From Dehalococcoidia bacterium (lineage in GTDB: Bacteria > Chloroflexota > Dehalococcoidia > Lucifugimonadales > UBA3495), in assembly GCA_965261355.1 (NCBI GenBank), contig CBDHDK010000002.1, positions 268,637-332,636 of the forward strand: a stretch of 64,000 nt of DNA, read 5' to 3'. Positions 45,881-57,104 of this stretch are shown piece after piece. The position numbers and the translations under genes are program-made. Every line of letters begins with the position of its first letter. The stretch's first letter is position 1. The notes beneath the pieces were generated by a model. The model ran no database searches, was not told the DNA's origin, and was given only the letters and a program-made list of their open reading frames with translations.

Positions 45881-47513
45881 TGTCATTGCTCTACGATAAC
45901 GTCCGCGTGAATTGCTCAGGGAAAATGTCCGTCTATGAAGGACGTGACATTGAACCAATGAGAGCAGGCAAGACTCCAAGTGCTCAACCGCGTGATGGAA
46001 TATCAACTTCCCAGGGCTCAGGCGGCCGAACTTCTGGGGATCAGCGAACGCCAAGTCCGGCGAATCCTGGCGGCCTACCGGAGGGATGGGGCCGCCGCAC
46101 TGGTCCACGGCAACCGGGGCCGCAAGCCCCGCAACTCGGTCCCCGAGGATGTCGCTGCCACCACGGTCATCCTGGCCAGCACGACCTACTTCGGCTTCAA
46201 CCACAGCCATCTGACCGAGGTCCTGGCAGAGCGGGAGGGCATTCAGCTGAGCCGGCAGACGATAAGCCGTCTGCTCAACCGCCACGGCCTGAACAGTGCC
46301 AGGGGCCATCGTCCCCCCAAACATCGTGTACGCCGGGAGCGTATGCCCCAGGAGGGCATGCTGCTGCAGATCGACGGCAGCCATCATCGCTGGCTGGAGG
46401 ACAGAGGTCCCAGATTCGTATTGCTGCTGGCAGTGGACGCCGCCACCGGCACGGTGGCCAATGCCATATTCCGACCCGAGGAGGACACTCGGGGCTACTT
46501 CCAGCTGATGGATGGGGTAATCCGGCGCTACGGCATCCCCCTGGCTCTCTACGGTGATCGCCACGGGGTCTTCAAGTTCAACGGCAAGCCCCGGCATATC
46601 CCCCAACCGGTGGGCCCAACCCAGTTCACCCGGGCCATGGGTGAACTGGGCATCGAACAGATCTTTGCCCGCTCGCCACAGGCCAAGGGACGCGTGGAAC
46701 GCATGAACGGCACCTTCCAGGACCGGCTGGTCAGCGAACTCAGGCTGGCGGGAGCCGCGACCATCGACCAGGCCAACGCCGCGCTGCGGGACTTCCTGCC
46801 CCGTTTCAACTCTCAATCCCGTGTGCCTGCCCAGCAGCCCCAGGTTGCCTATCGTTCCTTGGCCTCCTCCCTGCATCTGGAACGGATCCTCTGCTTCAAG
46901 CACCTGCGCCAGGTGGCCAGGGACAACACCGTCAAATACCAGTTGCGCACCCTGCAGCTGCTTCCAGTCCAGAACCGGCCCAGCTATGCCGGTGTCAAGG
47001 TGGAGGTGCTGGAGCAGAGCGACGGACAGCTGATGGTGCAGCACGAGGGGAAGGTGATCGCCCACCAGGAAGCTCCGCCCAAGGCGGGAGCGCTGCGGGC
47101 CGCCCAGGGGGCACTGGCTCCTACTCCCGAACTGGCCCAGGTGGTCAGGAACCTGAGCCAGCATGGTCTCACCAAGTTGCAACTGCAGCGCCTGGCCGCC
47201 TTGGAAGCACCCGTCGACCAACCGATGAATGATGAGAGCGGCCCCACCTCTTACACTCCGCCACCCAAGCAGGCAACGCCGCGCAAGCAGGCCCTGTGGA
47301 AAGCTGTCCACCACGCCAAGCTGCAGGGTGTCTCCCTGAGGGGCATCGCCAAGCAACTGGGTATTTCCAGAAACACGGTCAGGAAGTACGTCGACTTGCC
47401 AGCTCCCCCCATCAACCGGACTCCCAGACTGACTGCCCAATCAGTAACTCAGCACCATACCAACGGATATTTTCCCTGAGCACTTGGGCGGACATTTTCG
47501 CTGGACAACGACA
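45881..47513 (+). mobile_element. Second IS1202-like element (transposase 45935-47479, TGA at codon 9) inside an IS21 left-end remnant
   Basis: TGT..ACA ends; 7-bp DR gcgattt at 45874 and 47514; joined flanks match the IS21-A end at about 10605-10715. Confidence 0.88.
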
Positions 47514-47907
47514 GCGATTTTGGCTCACTTTAAGCCCAGCGGTGGCAAAAGGAAGGTTCAGTGATAAATGCCCTCAATCCCCAATCCCCAATCAATTGGG
47601 GGGAGTCCACCCAAATGCGAGACCCGGCGAAAGCCGGGCTTTTGCCTTTTGCCGTCGGCCTTAAGGCCGGAGGAGCGACGCCCTGGGGCGCGTCACTGTT
47701 ATGACAGCAGGCAGTTGAGATTTTGAGGGGCCATAGCGGAAAATAAACCTGAGGCCCGGTTGCGATCGACGAAGAGTATGCGTCGGCAGCGACGCCGCAA
47801 CGGGGCCTCGGCACCAGCAGATAGAAGGACTCCAACAAACAGGCCAAGCTAGCCAGCAAAGCACAGACAGTTTATGGGTAGGTCCATCGAGCGAGGCAGG
47901 CCGCAGC

Positions 47908-48891
47908 ATGAATAAGCACATACAGGCGCGGGCCGAGATACTGAAAGAAGCCCGGTACATCCCTCACGGCAGGTCACGGGGGAGAACGAAGAGTTCCATA
48001 AAAGCCGATGAGTACTGGCCCGCGCCGCCACCGGCTAACCTGCCCGTACAACCAACGGGAGATTGCCTGATTTGGACCGGCCGGCTGAACGGAGACGGGT
48101 ACGGTACGGGCAATTTCCCCAATGGGGTGCATCTGGCCCACGTTCAGGCCTACGCCCAGTCCAGAAAGACAAATCCGAAGCTGGGCCGCTCAATCTGCCA
48201 TCTGTGTCACAGGCCATACTGCATCCAGCCCTCGCACCTGTATGAGGGAGACAACAAGACAAACTCTGACGACCGCCAGCTAAGGTCGGGGAAGGGCACC
48301 ATGGGGCTCGTCTTCCACAAGCACGATGATGTGATGCGGGCAGCAAGATACCGGTGGCCCAGCCCGTCGCCGATCAATGACAGCCTGCTGGCTCCCGATG
48401 CAGTCGAAGTGGAACACGAATGCGAATACATCATCCCGGCCGGGGACGTGGCGATCTGCTCGGTCTGCGAGAAACCGGAAGACCCGAATTTCCATCGGGA
48501 CTCCGGACCTAAGCGTATGCAACCGCCGGACACGGACAGGAACTCGGTCTCGATGGTCAAGTTCGGCAAGGCCGTAACTGAAATAGGCAGCGGCGCGGTT
48601 CTTTGCTCCAACATGGAGGTGGAGCTAGACCTGCCAAAGAACCGGGCGGAAAGACGAAGAAGATTGCGGCAGGCCAAGAAGCAACGTGCCTGGGATGGGC
48701 CGGTCCTGATACATCAGAGGCAAGGGATTGTGCGGGTCAACGACCCGCTGCCCATACAGGTCAACACGGCTGCCCCGTTCGTCGCCCCGAGCGACGGTCT
48801 ACTGGTGGTAACGGTAACAACCAGTCCCCTGGACCGCAGCGAGGCAGAGTTGCTGGACCGGCTTACGCAACGGAGACCCCAAGCTGAGTGA
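47908..48891 (+). CDS. HNH-endonuclease-domain protein
   Basis: CLIWTG....GYG, AH, ICHLC....CIQPSHL..G....N. Confidence 0.75.
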   Translation: MNKHIQARAEILKEARYIPHGRSRGRTKSSIKADEYWPAPPPANLPVQPTGDCLIWTGRLNGDGYGTGNFPNGVHLAHVQAYAQSRKTNPKLGRSICHLCHRPYCIQPSHLYEGDNKTNSDDRQLRSGKGTMGLVFHKHDDVMRAARYRWPSPSPINDSLLAPDAVEVEHECEYIIPAGDVAICSVCEKPEDPNFHRDSGPKRMQPPDTDRNSVSMVKFGKAVTEIGSGAVLCSNMEVELDLPKNRAERRRRLRQAKKQRAWDGPVLIHQRQGIVRVNDPLPIQVNTAAPFVAPSDGLLVVTVTTSPLDRSEAELLDRLTQRRPQAE

Positions 48892-49271
48892 AGGGCGCTA
48901 AGGCAGGACCACCGGAAACTTCAAGAGGCGTAGATAGTGAAAGACAACAGGATCCCTTTGAGAGCCGAAGAGGTATCTCACGGCATCTTACCGAGGAAGG
49001 TGCCCTGCCTATCTGCGAGCAATGCAATTCGAGCGGGAACAGTAAGCCGGTCGAAATAGTCTCCGACGACGGCCAATCGGTCGGCTTCAGAGTCAGCATG
49101 ATATGGACCCACAAGCCATTCGGAGAAGCGGACTGTAGATACGTATACTTCTGCGATGAATGCTTTTGGGCACTACAGGCGAACGTCTATGGTGGGGTAG
49201 AGCCTTGGTTCGACGGCGCAGACGTTTATGGGATTCACCCTGACTGTCGGCAATGCCAAGAACGCAACTGA
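48888..49271 (+). CDS. Cys-rich hypothetical protein
   Basis: CxxC motifs; GTGA overlap with the HNH gene. Confidence 0.45.
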   Translation: MKGAKAGPPETSRGVDSERQQDPFESRRGISRHLTEEGALPICEQCNSSGNSKPVEIVSDDGQSVGFRVSMIWTHKPFGEADCRYVYFCDECFWALQANVYGGVEPWFDGADVYGIHPDCRQCQERN

Positions 49272-49949
49272 ACGGGACCCGTTCCCTGTGAAACACCTCC
49301 GCCCAGCCCATCACTTGCGCTAATGCGCGATTTTGGAAAGCGCCCCGGCAAATTCCACCCCAACCAGCTTTGCGCGTCCCTCGTCCGTGGGCTACATTTG
49401 CGACATCGCTTTTCAAAGGGCAGTTATATGGCGGTAGTACGGCACGCAGACTCCACCGGGTCCCTGCCTACTCCACCATGAAGGAAGCCGTCGCCTTGGT
49501 CGATGCCGCACTCTCCTACCTGACTCGCATGGCTTTTCGGTCGAGTCTATCTGGCGATGTTCCGAACATGGCCAGGGATTTCTCTTGCCCAGGGCGTCCG
49601 TTTCCCAGGGAACGTTGCAACAGTTTCTGGAGTAAACCCTTGGGATAACCCAGAGCTTGGTTCACCCCGTAGACCAACGCGGCACGAATAGGGTTCTCGA
49701 CAATCCATTTGAGTTGCCGATGCCTGGGCCCGCGCTTATGGACCTGCACCGTCCTGGTCATCGCCGGAAACCCGATCGTGAACTTGCCCTACAGTCCCAC
49801 CTTTGCCCTTGTTGACACCTCCGCAAGTCGGCTCCCTTCTCAGGCGATTGCAAAATTCGCCAGCAGGTACATGCGGCGTTGACCCACCTGAGCGTCGAGC
49901 CGTAACATCACCAACACCCGCGCAACGCTCATGTATAGAGAGGACACTC

Positions 49950-50285
49950 ATGGCACTTACCGCGGAACTGGGAAAAAAGGTGGAAGCCATCTACCGTGAG
50001 CACCTAGAAAAAGAGTTTCCAGCAACAGTGAAATTCGACACCATACGGGTAGAACCGGCCGAAGACAGCGAAGGCCGCGACACCTTCAGGGTCACCGTCG
50101 TTTACGACGACGGGAACGAGAGGCCTAACCCCAAGACCAGAGGAACCGTCCTGGCATCCCTGATGGACCCATTGGAGAACCTGGGGCTGCCGCCAGTACT
50201 CATCGAGTCCTACGTCCCCCTGTCGGAATATCCGATACTCTTGGACCTCCGGGCCGAACCCCCATGGGGAGTGGATGAAGAATGA
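49950..50285 (+). CDS. Hypothetical partner of the HEPN protein
   Basis: RBS gagagga; ATGA coupling. Confidence 0.6.
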   Translation: MALTAELGKKVEAIYREHLEKEFPATVKFDTIRVEPAEDSEGRDTFRVTVVYDDGNERPNPKTRGTVLASLMDPLENLGLPPVLIESYVPLSEYPILLDLRAEPPWGVDEE

Positions 50286-50764
50286 ACTGGCGCAACCTGA
50301 TGGACACCGCCAGGCAGATAGTAGGACACACGGAACCCCAACCACGCGGGCGACCAAGACAGGAACTTCTCAAAACGGCCGTCAACAGGGCTTACTACGC
50401 TATGTTTCATGCCCTGTGTCAGAACAACGCCGACGCCCTGGTAGGCAGAAGCACCGACGCAACCAACAGGCTCGCCTGGACCAGGACTTACAGATCCCTG
50501 GACCACCGCCAAGCGAAGAACAGGCTGACGCGGGCCCGGAGCGAAATTCCGAGCCCGGCACGGAGCTTCGCCGCAACATTCGCCGCACTGCAGGAACAGA
50601 GACACGCGGCGGACTACGACCCTCACAGCAGGTTCGCAAGAAGTGAGGTAATAGAACTACTGGACACCGTGGAGACCGTGACAGAATCATTTCTACAGAT
50701 GCCCAGAAGGGAGCGCAGGGCGGTGGCCGTGCTGGTGCTAATGCAGGAAAGGCCGACAGGCTGA
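50282..50764 (+). CDS. HEPN-like (UPF0332-type) protein
   Basis: AVNRAYYAMFHA ... QRHAADYD. Confidence 0.75.
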   Translation: MNWRNLMDTARQIVGHTEPQPRGRPRQELLKTAVNRAYYAMFHALCQNNADALVGRSTDATNRLAWTRTYRSLDHRQAKNRLTRARSEIPSPARSFAATFAALQEQRHAADYDPHSRFARSEVIELLDTVETVTESFLQMPRRERRAVAVLVLMQERPTG

Positions 50765-50965
50765 AGACCAGCGGACCGGAAGGGCCACGCACGGCTCAAC
50801 CTTCACCCCAAGATTTCCGATGGTCAGAACCACCCACGGCGTTGCACGGGAATACCGTTCTTGAGCAAAGCTAATACCCACGATTTTTGCAATCGTCTCC
50901 TTCTGTTTAATCTGAGCGTCCACGGCAGCGTCAACACCGAATCCGCGGCAATCCTCTGGCCGTCA

Positions 50966-51090
50966 TACTCAAAAAACCCTTGACAGCGTTTTTGAGATCA
51001 AACTATTATTGAGGGGATTTGTTGAGAGGCACGGCAAAGCTGACGGACGAGGTCCTCGGGACCCCTCTCAAAAACGGCCGTTTGTTGAGC
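50966..51090. promoter_or_regulatory. Putative res site with overlapping sigma70-like promoter
   Basis: Three (c)tcaaa..ttgag dyads; TTGACA-18bp-TATTAT; resolvase downstream. Confidence 0.45.
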
Positions 51091-51646
51091 GGAGAAGAAC
51101 GCCATGCACGTCTTCCTGGCAGGCGCCTGCCCCCAGTGCCGCAGCACGACGATGGTGGTCACCAACCAGGAGACGTTTGGGGAAAGAACCACGCCATCAA
51201 CCGCGGTGTCTGCGGCCGCCGGGTGATCGCGGCAGGACCCGCCGGGAAGGGAGTGCAGTGGCACGGCTGGGTAAACCCGGGGGTTTGGGGCAACAGGCTG
51301 TGGGACTTCGCTTCGGAAGGGGTCGATTCCGTCACCATGGCAGAGGGTGACCGCAGAAGCGAGGAGAGCAGAGTTGCCGCCGCAGCCGCTGTGGTCCACT
51401 ACGCTCCGTGAGACTCCCCGCTGTGTGGCCTCGATGAGAGTCCCGAACCGATGACCCCCGACCCGGAATTGGTGCGGGGGTGCGGAGACTGTCTTGAACT
51501 GGCGGCCGAGGACCTGTCCGACCGGAACACATACATGGGCCGCTGCCTCCACTGCAATCGGGAAATCCATGCCAGGGGCGGAGTCGCCTGGCGTCGGGCG
51601 GTCCGGAACCCTTCCCCGCACTGCGGCAAACCGGGGTGGTGAAGCG

Positions 51647-52252
51647 ATGATGATCCCCGTCACCTATGGCTACGCGCGGGTGAGCAAGAGCGACCGGGAC
51701 GACCGGAACCTCGAGACCCAGTTCCGCGAGCTGGCCAAACACGGCATCCGTGAGGAGCTCATCTTTTCCGACGTGATGACCGGCCGTTTGATGTCGCGGC
51801 CCGGATGGGATGATCTTTTGGCCCGGATCCAGCCGAGCGACACCATCGTGGTGGTATGGCTGGACCGCTTCAGCCGCAACTTCGACGAGGGCGTGAGGAT
51901 CCAGGCGGACCTGACCAGCCGGAACATCGGCATAGTGGCCATCAAGGAGGGGATCGACACCACCGACGACAGCGCCGCGGCCAAGTACTTCCGCCGGATG
52001 ATGCTGGCCAACGGTGCCTACCAGGCTGATTCCACCAGCGAGCGCATAAAGGTGGGCCAAGAGCGTGCCAAGGCCGAGGGGAGGCTTCCTGGGCGGCCGC
52101 CTGCGCTTTCACCCGACCAGGTGAACGAGTGCAAGCGTATGTTCGCAGAGAACCCGTCGGTGAGCCGTGTGGCCAGGATCATGAATATCTCGTGGAGCAC
52201 GGCCAACCGGGCAATCTTCAATGACAGTTCAGCACAAGCAGGAATGCAATGA
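51647..52252 (+). CDS. Resolvase/invertase (small serine recombinase)
   Basis: GYARVS, RPGW, VVWLDRFSR, GRPP and C-terminal HTH. Confidence 0.9.
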   Translation: MMIPVTYGYARVSKSDRDDRNLETQFRELAKHGIREELIFSDVMTGRLMSRPGWDDLLARIQPSDTIVVVWLDRFSRNFDEGVRIQADLTSRNIGIVAIKEGIDTTDDSAAAKYFRRMMLANGAYQADSTSERIKVGQERAKAEGRLPGRPPALSPDQVNECKRMFAENPSVSRVARIMNISWSTANRAIFNDSSAQAGMQ

Positions 52253-52360
52253 CCGATCGGGGCCGACCGGTCTGCGATTGCCCCGAACCCTGCGCCCGCT
52301 ACGCCGGGGGCAGGGACGAGGCCTTACAAACCGCCGTTGCTCCCAAGGAGATAGACCACG

Positions 52361-52780
52361 ATGATCAATTTGACTGACGAGATGGTATCGCGGTTGGACA
52401 GCGCTTTAGCCGACGGATATTCCTGCCTGGTGGGCACGGCCTCCAAGAACGGCGAACCCCAGATAAGCCCCAAGGGAAGCGTGATGGCCTTCGACAGAGA
52501 TACGCTGGCCTATTGGGAGCGGGCCAAGCGGTCGGCCTTGGACAACGTTATCGAGAATCCGCAGGTCGTCGTCTACTACGCCCACGCCGCCGACCGGGTG
52601 AGGTGGCGGTTCCACGGCAGGGCAACCGTCCACGAAGACGGTCCCATTCGCCAGGAAGTCATGGACCGCTGCGTCCAAGCCGAACTGGACCGGGATCCTG
52701 AACGCTTGGGTGTCGCCGTCCTCATTAGGATAGACAAGATCACGGAATTATCCGGAGAGGTGCTGCAACAAAGGGACTAG
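52361..52780 (+). CDS. Pyridoxamine 5'-phosphate oxidase-like split-barrel protein
   Basis: VGTAS..GEPQISPKGS, N..ENPQV, RFHGRA. Confidence 0.8.
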   Translation: MINLTDEMVSRLDSALADGYSCLVGTASKNGEPQISPKGSVMAFDRDTLAYWERAKRSALDNVIENPQVVVYYAHAADRVRWRFHGRATVHEDGPIRQEVMDRCVQAELDRDPERLGVAVLIRIDKITELSGEVLQQRD

Positions 52781-52876
52781 ACCAAGGCCCAGCTGAAACA
52801 TTCAAGGACTCGCGTCAGAGTGGACGGATGATGTGCCCGCAACCCAGCCTGAACCTGGGACATATGGGGTGCCGTC

Positions 52877-53501
52877 ATGGACGAGTACATGATTACAGCA
52901 CTCGAGGAAGCCCGCACCGGTGCCCGGGAGGGAGGCATCCCCATCGGAGCAGTCTTGGTAAACGCCCGGGGGACGGTGGTGGCCACCGGTCGCAATCGCC
53001 GGCTGCAGGAAGGGGCCTGCGTCATGCACGCGGAGATCTACTGCCTGTTGAACGCCGGCCGGAAGCTGAGCAGCTTCCGGGGGATGACCATGTACTCCAC
53101 GCTCATTCCCTGCAACATATGCGCCGGAGCCATCGTGCACTCCGGCATCATCAAGGTGGTGTATGGGGAATCCAGAAACCTCCCGGAGGACAACAGTCGC
53201 GAGTTCCTGGTCAGATATGGAGTAGAACTGGGCCGACCTGGACCTCGAGGAGGCCAGGCGGATGCTCAGGGCCTTCATTGAGACAGAGCCGGAAGAGTGG
53301 TCGGCCGACATAGGCCGCTGGGCGAGGAGGGAGAAGGCCGAACCATTGGCCACTCGAGCCGGTTGTGGCTGTGGGCTGCATATCGACTGGAAAAGTATCA
53401 CTGGTACACGTTCGACTGCGCCAGCGGTTGTTTCTGGAACACGTCCTGTCTCGAGTTGGTTGGTTGGACAGGACCAGTCTGCGAATAATGATGGGAGTTA
53501 G
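52877..53501 (+). pseudogene. Cytosine/nucleoside deaminase, frameshift near 53230
   Basis: GGIPIGAVL, HAE, PCNICAGA; W..DIG tail in another frame. Confidence 0.75.
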
Positions 53502-54009
53502 ATCCGAGTCTCTTCGACATAAGGGGCCTTATGCGAAGATGAGCCTCTGATCCTCGTCACCTATGTCCATGCATGGGTCATCGAGGCAGGCCGCGACGAC
53601 AGGCACTTGGAGACCCACATCAACGTCCTGACAGGCTAGGGCGTCCGGGATGATCTCATCTATCAGGACGCAGGAGCGGCGGCTCCCTGAAGCTCCCCGG
53701 CAGGCAGTAGCCGAAGACCAGGCGCCGACTTGGCGACACCATCGTCGTCGCCCTGTAAACCGACGGCAGGGGAAGCCGCGGCAATTCAGGCACGAACGGC
53801 TCCCAATGGCCGCGGCGCACTGCAGACCGGCGGGCAAACCGCATGCCCGGAACCTCCCAGCTGCCCCGCACCAGAAACCTGTCGTGCCCATTACATGCTC
53901 CACTTGAAATGCGCCCAATCCAGGCCTGTTGCCTTTGAAATCCACCCGCACCTTGCCAGACCCGCGCCCTATCGTCCAAACTCATCCTCATACGGCATCG
54001 GACAACGCC

Positions 54010-57000
54010 ATGCTCATCCTGCACGCCGCCCAAATTGAAGGTAGCCTCGTCCTCTGGGGCGAGGACTCCGAACCACGCCTGACGTCACCCGACCGGCAGC
54101 TGGAAGGGAACCACCCATACAGCGCCCAAGCCCAGGTCATAGCCGAAGCCATCGGCCTCGAAATGGGCGACAATTGCTTCGCCAGCGCAATCGCCTGGCT
54201 GCCCAGCCGGGGCGACGCTCCCGTGCCCTCCAGCCCAATAGTCGGCCCCATGCCCAGGTCGCGAGCCAAGCCGCGCATCAGGCCATGGACCGTGGCAACG
54301 CTCCGCCTGACACCGGAGCAAGCCGTCACGCTGCTGCAGGCGTGGCACGGACGACAGGTCGTGAGACCCGGCGTCGCCATCGGGCCCGATCTGTCCTACT
54401 GGACCCACGCCGTGCAGTTGGCGGTCTCTCTGACGGCCCGTCAACAGTTCCTGCCCAGCCTCTCTGAACGGGGCGGGAAGACCGTGGCGGCATGGATTCC
54501 GGTGTTCATCGGCGAGGATGCCCACCGGGTGGCCGAGCTGTCCGGACTGATGCCAGCGTCGGCCAGGGCGCTCACCGACATCGGGGCCACCGAACCGCCG
54601 GCCACCGCGGCCCAAGCGGTCCTCCGAGAGTTCATAACAGTCCAGGTTGACCACCTGGCACGCGCCGGAACGGATACCGAACACGGGGCGCAACCGCAGT
54701 TCGACTCCGCCCACGACGCCTGGCTGTCCGCCCTTTCCCGGTCCAATCCGGAGGTCCGGAGCAACCCGGCACAGCTCCAGCAGCTCCGCCGCCAGGTTGC
54801 CGAATGGCAGAGGCCCCTGGCCATCGCGGCCAACTCTCCATACCGGCTCTGCCTCAGGCTGGAGGAGCCGCCCGAACCCGGCGCAGACGACGATGCGCCG
54901 GCCATCCGGCAGGACGACTGGTACCTGCGCTACCTGCTCCAGCCCCACGACGACCAGAGCCTCCTGCTCCCCGCCGAAGCCGTGTGGAAGAATCGGGTCA
55001 ATGGAGCGCACCCGGACTTCAACCCCGCCGAGTTCCTGTTAAGTTCCCTGGCCCAGGCCGGCTCGGTGTGCCCACCCATCACCGACAGCCTGAAGCGCAA
55101 GCAACCCGCGGGATACCGGCTGAACACCGAGGAAGCCTACGGGTTCCTGGAAAGCCAGGCCGCCGCGCTGCAACAGGCCGGGTTCGGCGTGCTGCTGCCC
55201 GCTTGGTGGACCCGGCAGGGCACCAGGACCAGGCCCAGCATCCGGGCCAGGGCCAAGACCCCGGCCATGCAGGGCGGCTCCGGCATGACCATGACCTCCC
55301 TGATCGATCTCGACGTCGAGATGGCCTTGGGCGACGAACCCATATCGGTGCAGGAACTGGAGGAGCTCGCCGAGCTGAAGGTGCCGTTGGTGCGGTTCCG
55401 GGGCCAGTGGGTGGAGATCAACGCCGATGACATCCGGGCGGCAGCCGATTTCTGGCGCAACCGGGAGCAGGTCAGCCTGCGGGAAGTCGTGCAGATCGGG
55501 CTGGGCGCCGACCAGCGCGCCCAGGACGACAACGTTTCCCTGGCGGCCGGCGACTGGCTCCGTGATCTCCTGGAGCGCCTGCAGCAGAAGGGCCAGATTG
55601 AGCAGATGGACGCCCCCACGGACTTCGTCGGCCAGCTCCGGCCCTACCAGCAGATGGGCTACTCGTGGCTGGCTTTCCTCAGGGACTGGGGGCTGGGAGC
55701 CTGCCTGGCCGACGACATGGGCCTGGGCAAGACCGTCCAGACGCTGGCCGCCCTGCAGCTGGACCGCCAGCAGGGCAACGACCGGCCCAACCTGCTGGTC
55801 TGCCCGACATCCGTGATCAACAACTGGCAGCGGGAGGCGGCCAGGTTCACGCCGGACCTGCCAGTTCTGCTGCACCACGGCTCGAACCGCCAGGGCGGAG
55901 CTGCCTTCCGTAGCCAGGCGGGCAGTCACCATCTGGTCGTGACCAGCTACGGTACCATGCACCGGGACCGGGACCTGCTCGGCTCCGTACCCTGGCGGGC
56001 GGTGATCCTAGATGAGGCCCAGAACATCAAGAACCCGGGGTCCCAGCAGGCCAGGACCGCCCAGGGGCTCCAGGCCGACTACCGGATCGCCCTCACCGGC
56101 ACGCCGGTGGAGAACCACGTCGGCGACCTCTGGTCCATCATGCAGTTTTTGAACCCCGGCCTCCTGGGATCCCAGGCCGAGTTCAAGCGCAACTACTTCC
56201 AGCCCATCCAGACCGACCGGGACGGAGCGGCGGCCCGCCTGCAGAAGGCCACCGGTCCCTTCATCCTGCGCCGCCTCAAGACCGACCGGTCCATCATCGA
56301 CGACCTGCCCGACAAGAACGAGACCAAGCAGTACTGCAGCCTCACCAGGGAGCAGGCAACGCTCTACCAAGCCGTGCTGCGCGAGGCGGAGACCCGGCTG
56401 GAGTCCGCCGAGGGCATGAAACGCCGGGGGTCGATCCTGGACACCTTGACCAAGCTCAAGCAGGCCTGCAACCATCCCCGCCAGCTGCTGGGCGACAACT
56501 CCGCCATCACCGGCCGCTCCGGGAAGTTGGCCCGCCTGCAGGAAATCCTCGATGAGGTACTTCCCGGAGGCGACCGGGTGCTGGTCTTCAGCCAGTTCGC
56601 CGAGATGGGAACCATCCTGCAACAGCACGTACAGGAGACCTACGGCCTCGAAACCCCATTCCTCCACGGCGGCGTCACCCGGAAACAACGGGACCTGATG
56701 GTGCAACGCTTCCAGGACGACCCCGACGGCCCGCAGGTGTTCGTCCTGTCACTCAAGGCCGGAGGCTCCGGCCTCAACCTGCCACGGGCCAGCCACGTGA
56801 TCCACTACGACCGTTGGTGGAACCCGGCCGTGGAGAACCAGGCCACCGACCGGGCCTTCCGCATCGGCCAGACCAGGGACGTCCACGTCCACAAGCTGAT
56901 CTGCGCCGGCACGCTGGAGGACCGCATCGACCTGATGATCGAAATCAAGCAGGAGACCGCCGACCAAGTGGTGGGAACCACCTCGGAACGGTGGCTCACC

Positions 57001-57060
57001 GAGCTCTCCAACGCCGAGCTCCGGGACGTGCTGGCCCTCAGCGCGAGCCCGGCGGATTGA
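54010..57060 (+). CDS. SNF2-family DEAD/DEAH ATPase
   Basis: LRPYQ, LADDMGLGKT, LDEAQNIKN, LTGTPVEN, QATDRAFRIGQ. Confidence 0.93.
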   Translation: MLILHAAQIEGSLVLWGEDSEPRLTSPDRQLEGNHPYSAQAQVIAEAIGLEMGDNCFASAIAWLPSRGDAPVPSSPIVGPMPRSRAKPRIRPWTVATLRLTPEQAVTLLQAWHGRQVVRPGVAIGPDLSYWTHAVQLAVSLTARQQFLPSLSERGGKTVAAWIPVFIGEDAHRVAELSGLMPASARALTDIGATEPPATAAQAVLREFITVQVDHLARAGTDTEHGAQPQFDSAHDAWLSALSRSNPEVRSNPAQLQQLRRQVAEWQRPLAIAANSPYRLCLRLEEPPEPGADDDAPAIRQDDWYLRYLLQPHDDQSLLLPAEAVWKNRVNGAHPDFNPAEFLLSSLAQAGSVCPPITDSLKRKQPAGYRLNTEEAYGFLESQAAALQQAGFGVLLPAWWTRQGTRTRPSIRARAKTPAMQGGSGMTMTSLIDLDVEMALGDEPISVQELEELAELKVPLVRFRGQWVEINADDIRAAADFWRNREQVSLREVVQIGLGADQRAQDDNVSLAAGDWLRDLLERLQQKGQIEQMDAPTDFVGQLRPYQQMGYSWLAFLRDWGLGACLADDMGLGKTVQTLAALQLDRQQGNDRPNLLVCPTSVINNWQREAARFTPDLPVLLHHGSNRQGGAAFRSQAGSHHLVVTSYGTMHRDRDLLGSVPWRAVILDEAQNIKNPGSQQARTAQGLQADYRIALTGTPVENHVGDLWSIMQFLNPGLLGSQAEFKRNYFQPIQTDRDGAAARLQKATGPFILRRLKTDRSIIDDLPDKNETKQYCSLTREQATLYQAVLREAETRLESAEGMKRRGSILDTLTKLKQACNHPRQLLGDNSAITGRSGKLARLQEILDEVLPGGDRVLVFSQFAEMGTILQQHVQETYGLETPFLHGGVTRKQRDLMVQRFQDDPDGPQVFVLSLKAGGSGLNLPRASHVIHYDRWWNPAVENQATDRAFRIGQTRDVHVHKLICAGTLEDRIDLMIEIKQETADQVVGTTSERWLTELSNAELRDVLALSASPAD

Positions 57061-57104
57061 TCGATGGGACACAACCCAAGCTCCTTCCCAGAGCAGGAAC
57101 GACT

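Larger units (their letters stand above)
49841..50899 (+). mobile_element. Transposase-free TIR cassette carrying a HEPN gene pair
   Basis: IR caggcgattgcaaaattcg / cgatttttgcaatcgtctc; 5-bp DR cttct. Confidence 0.6.
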
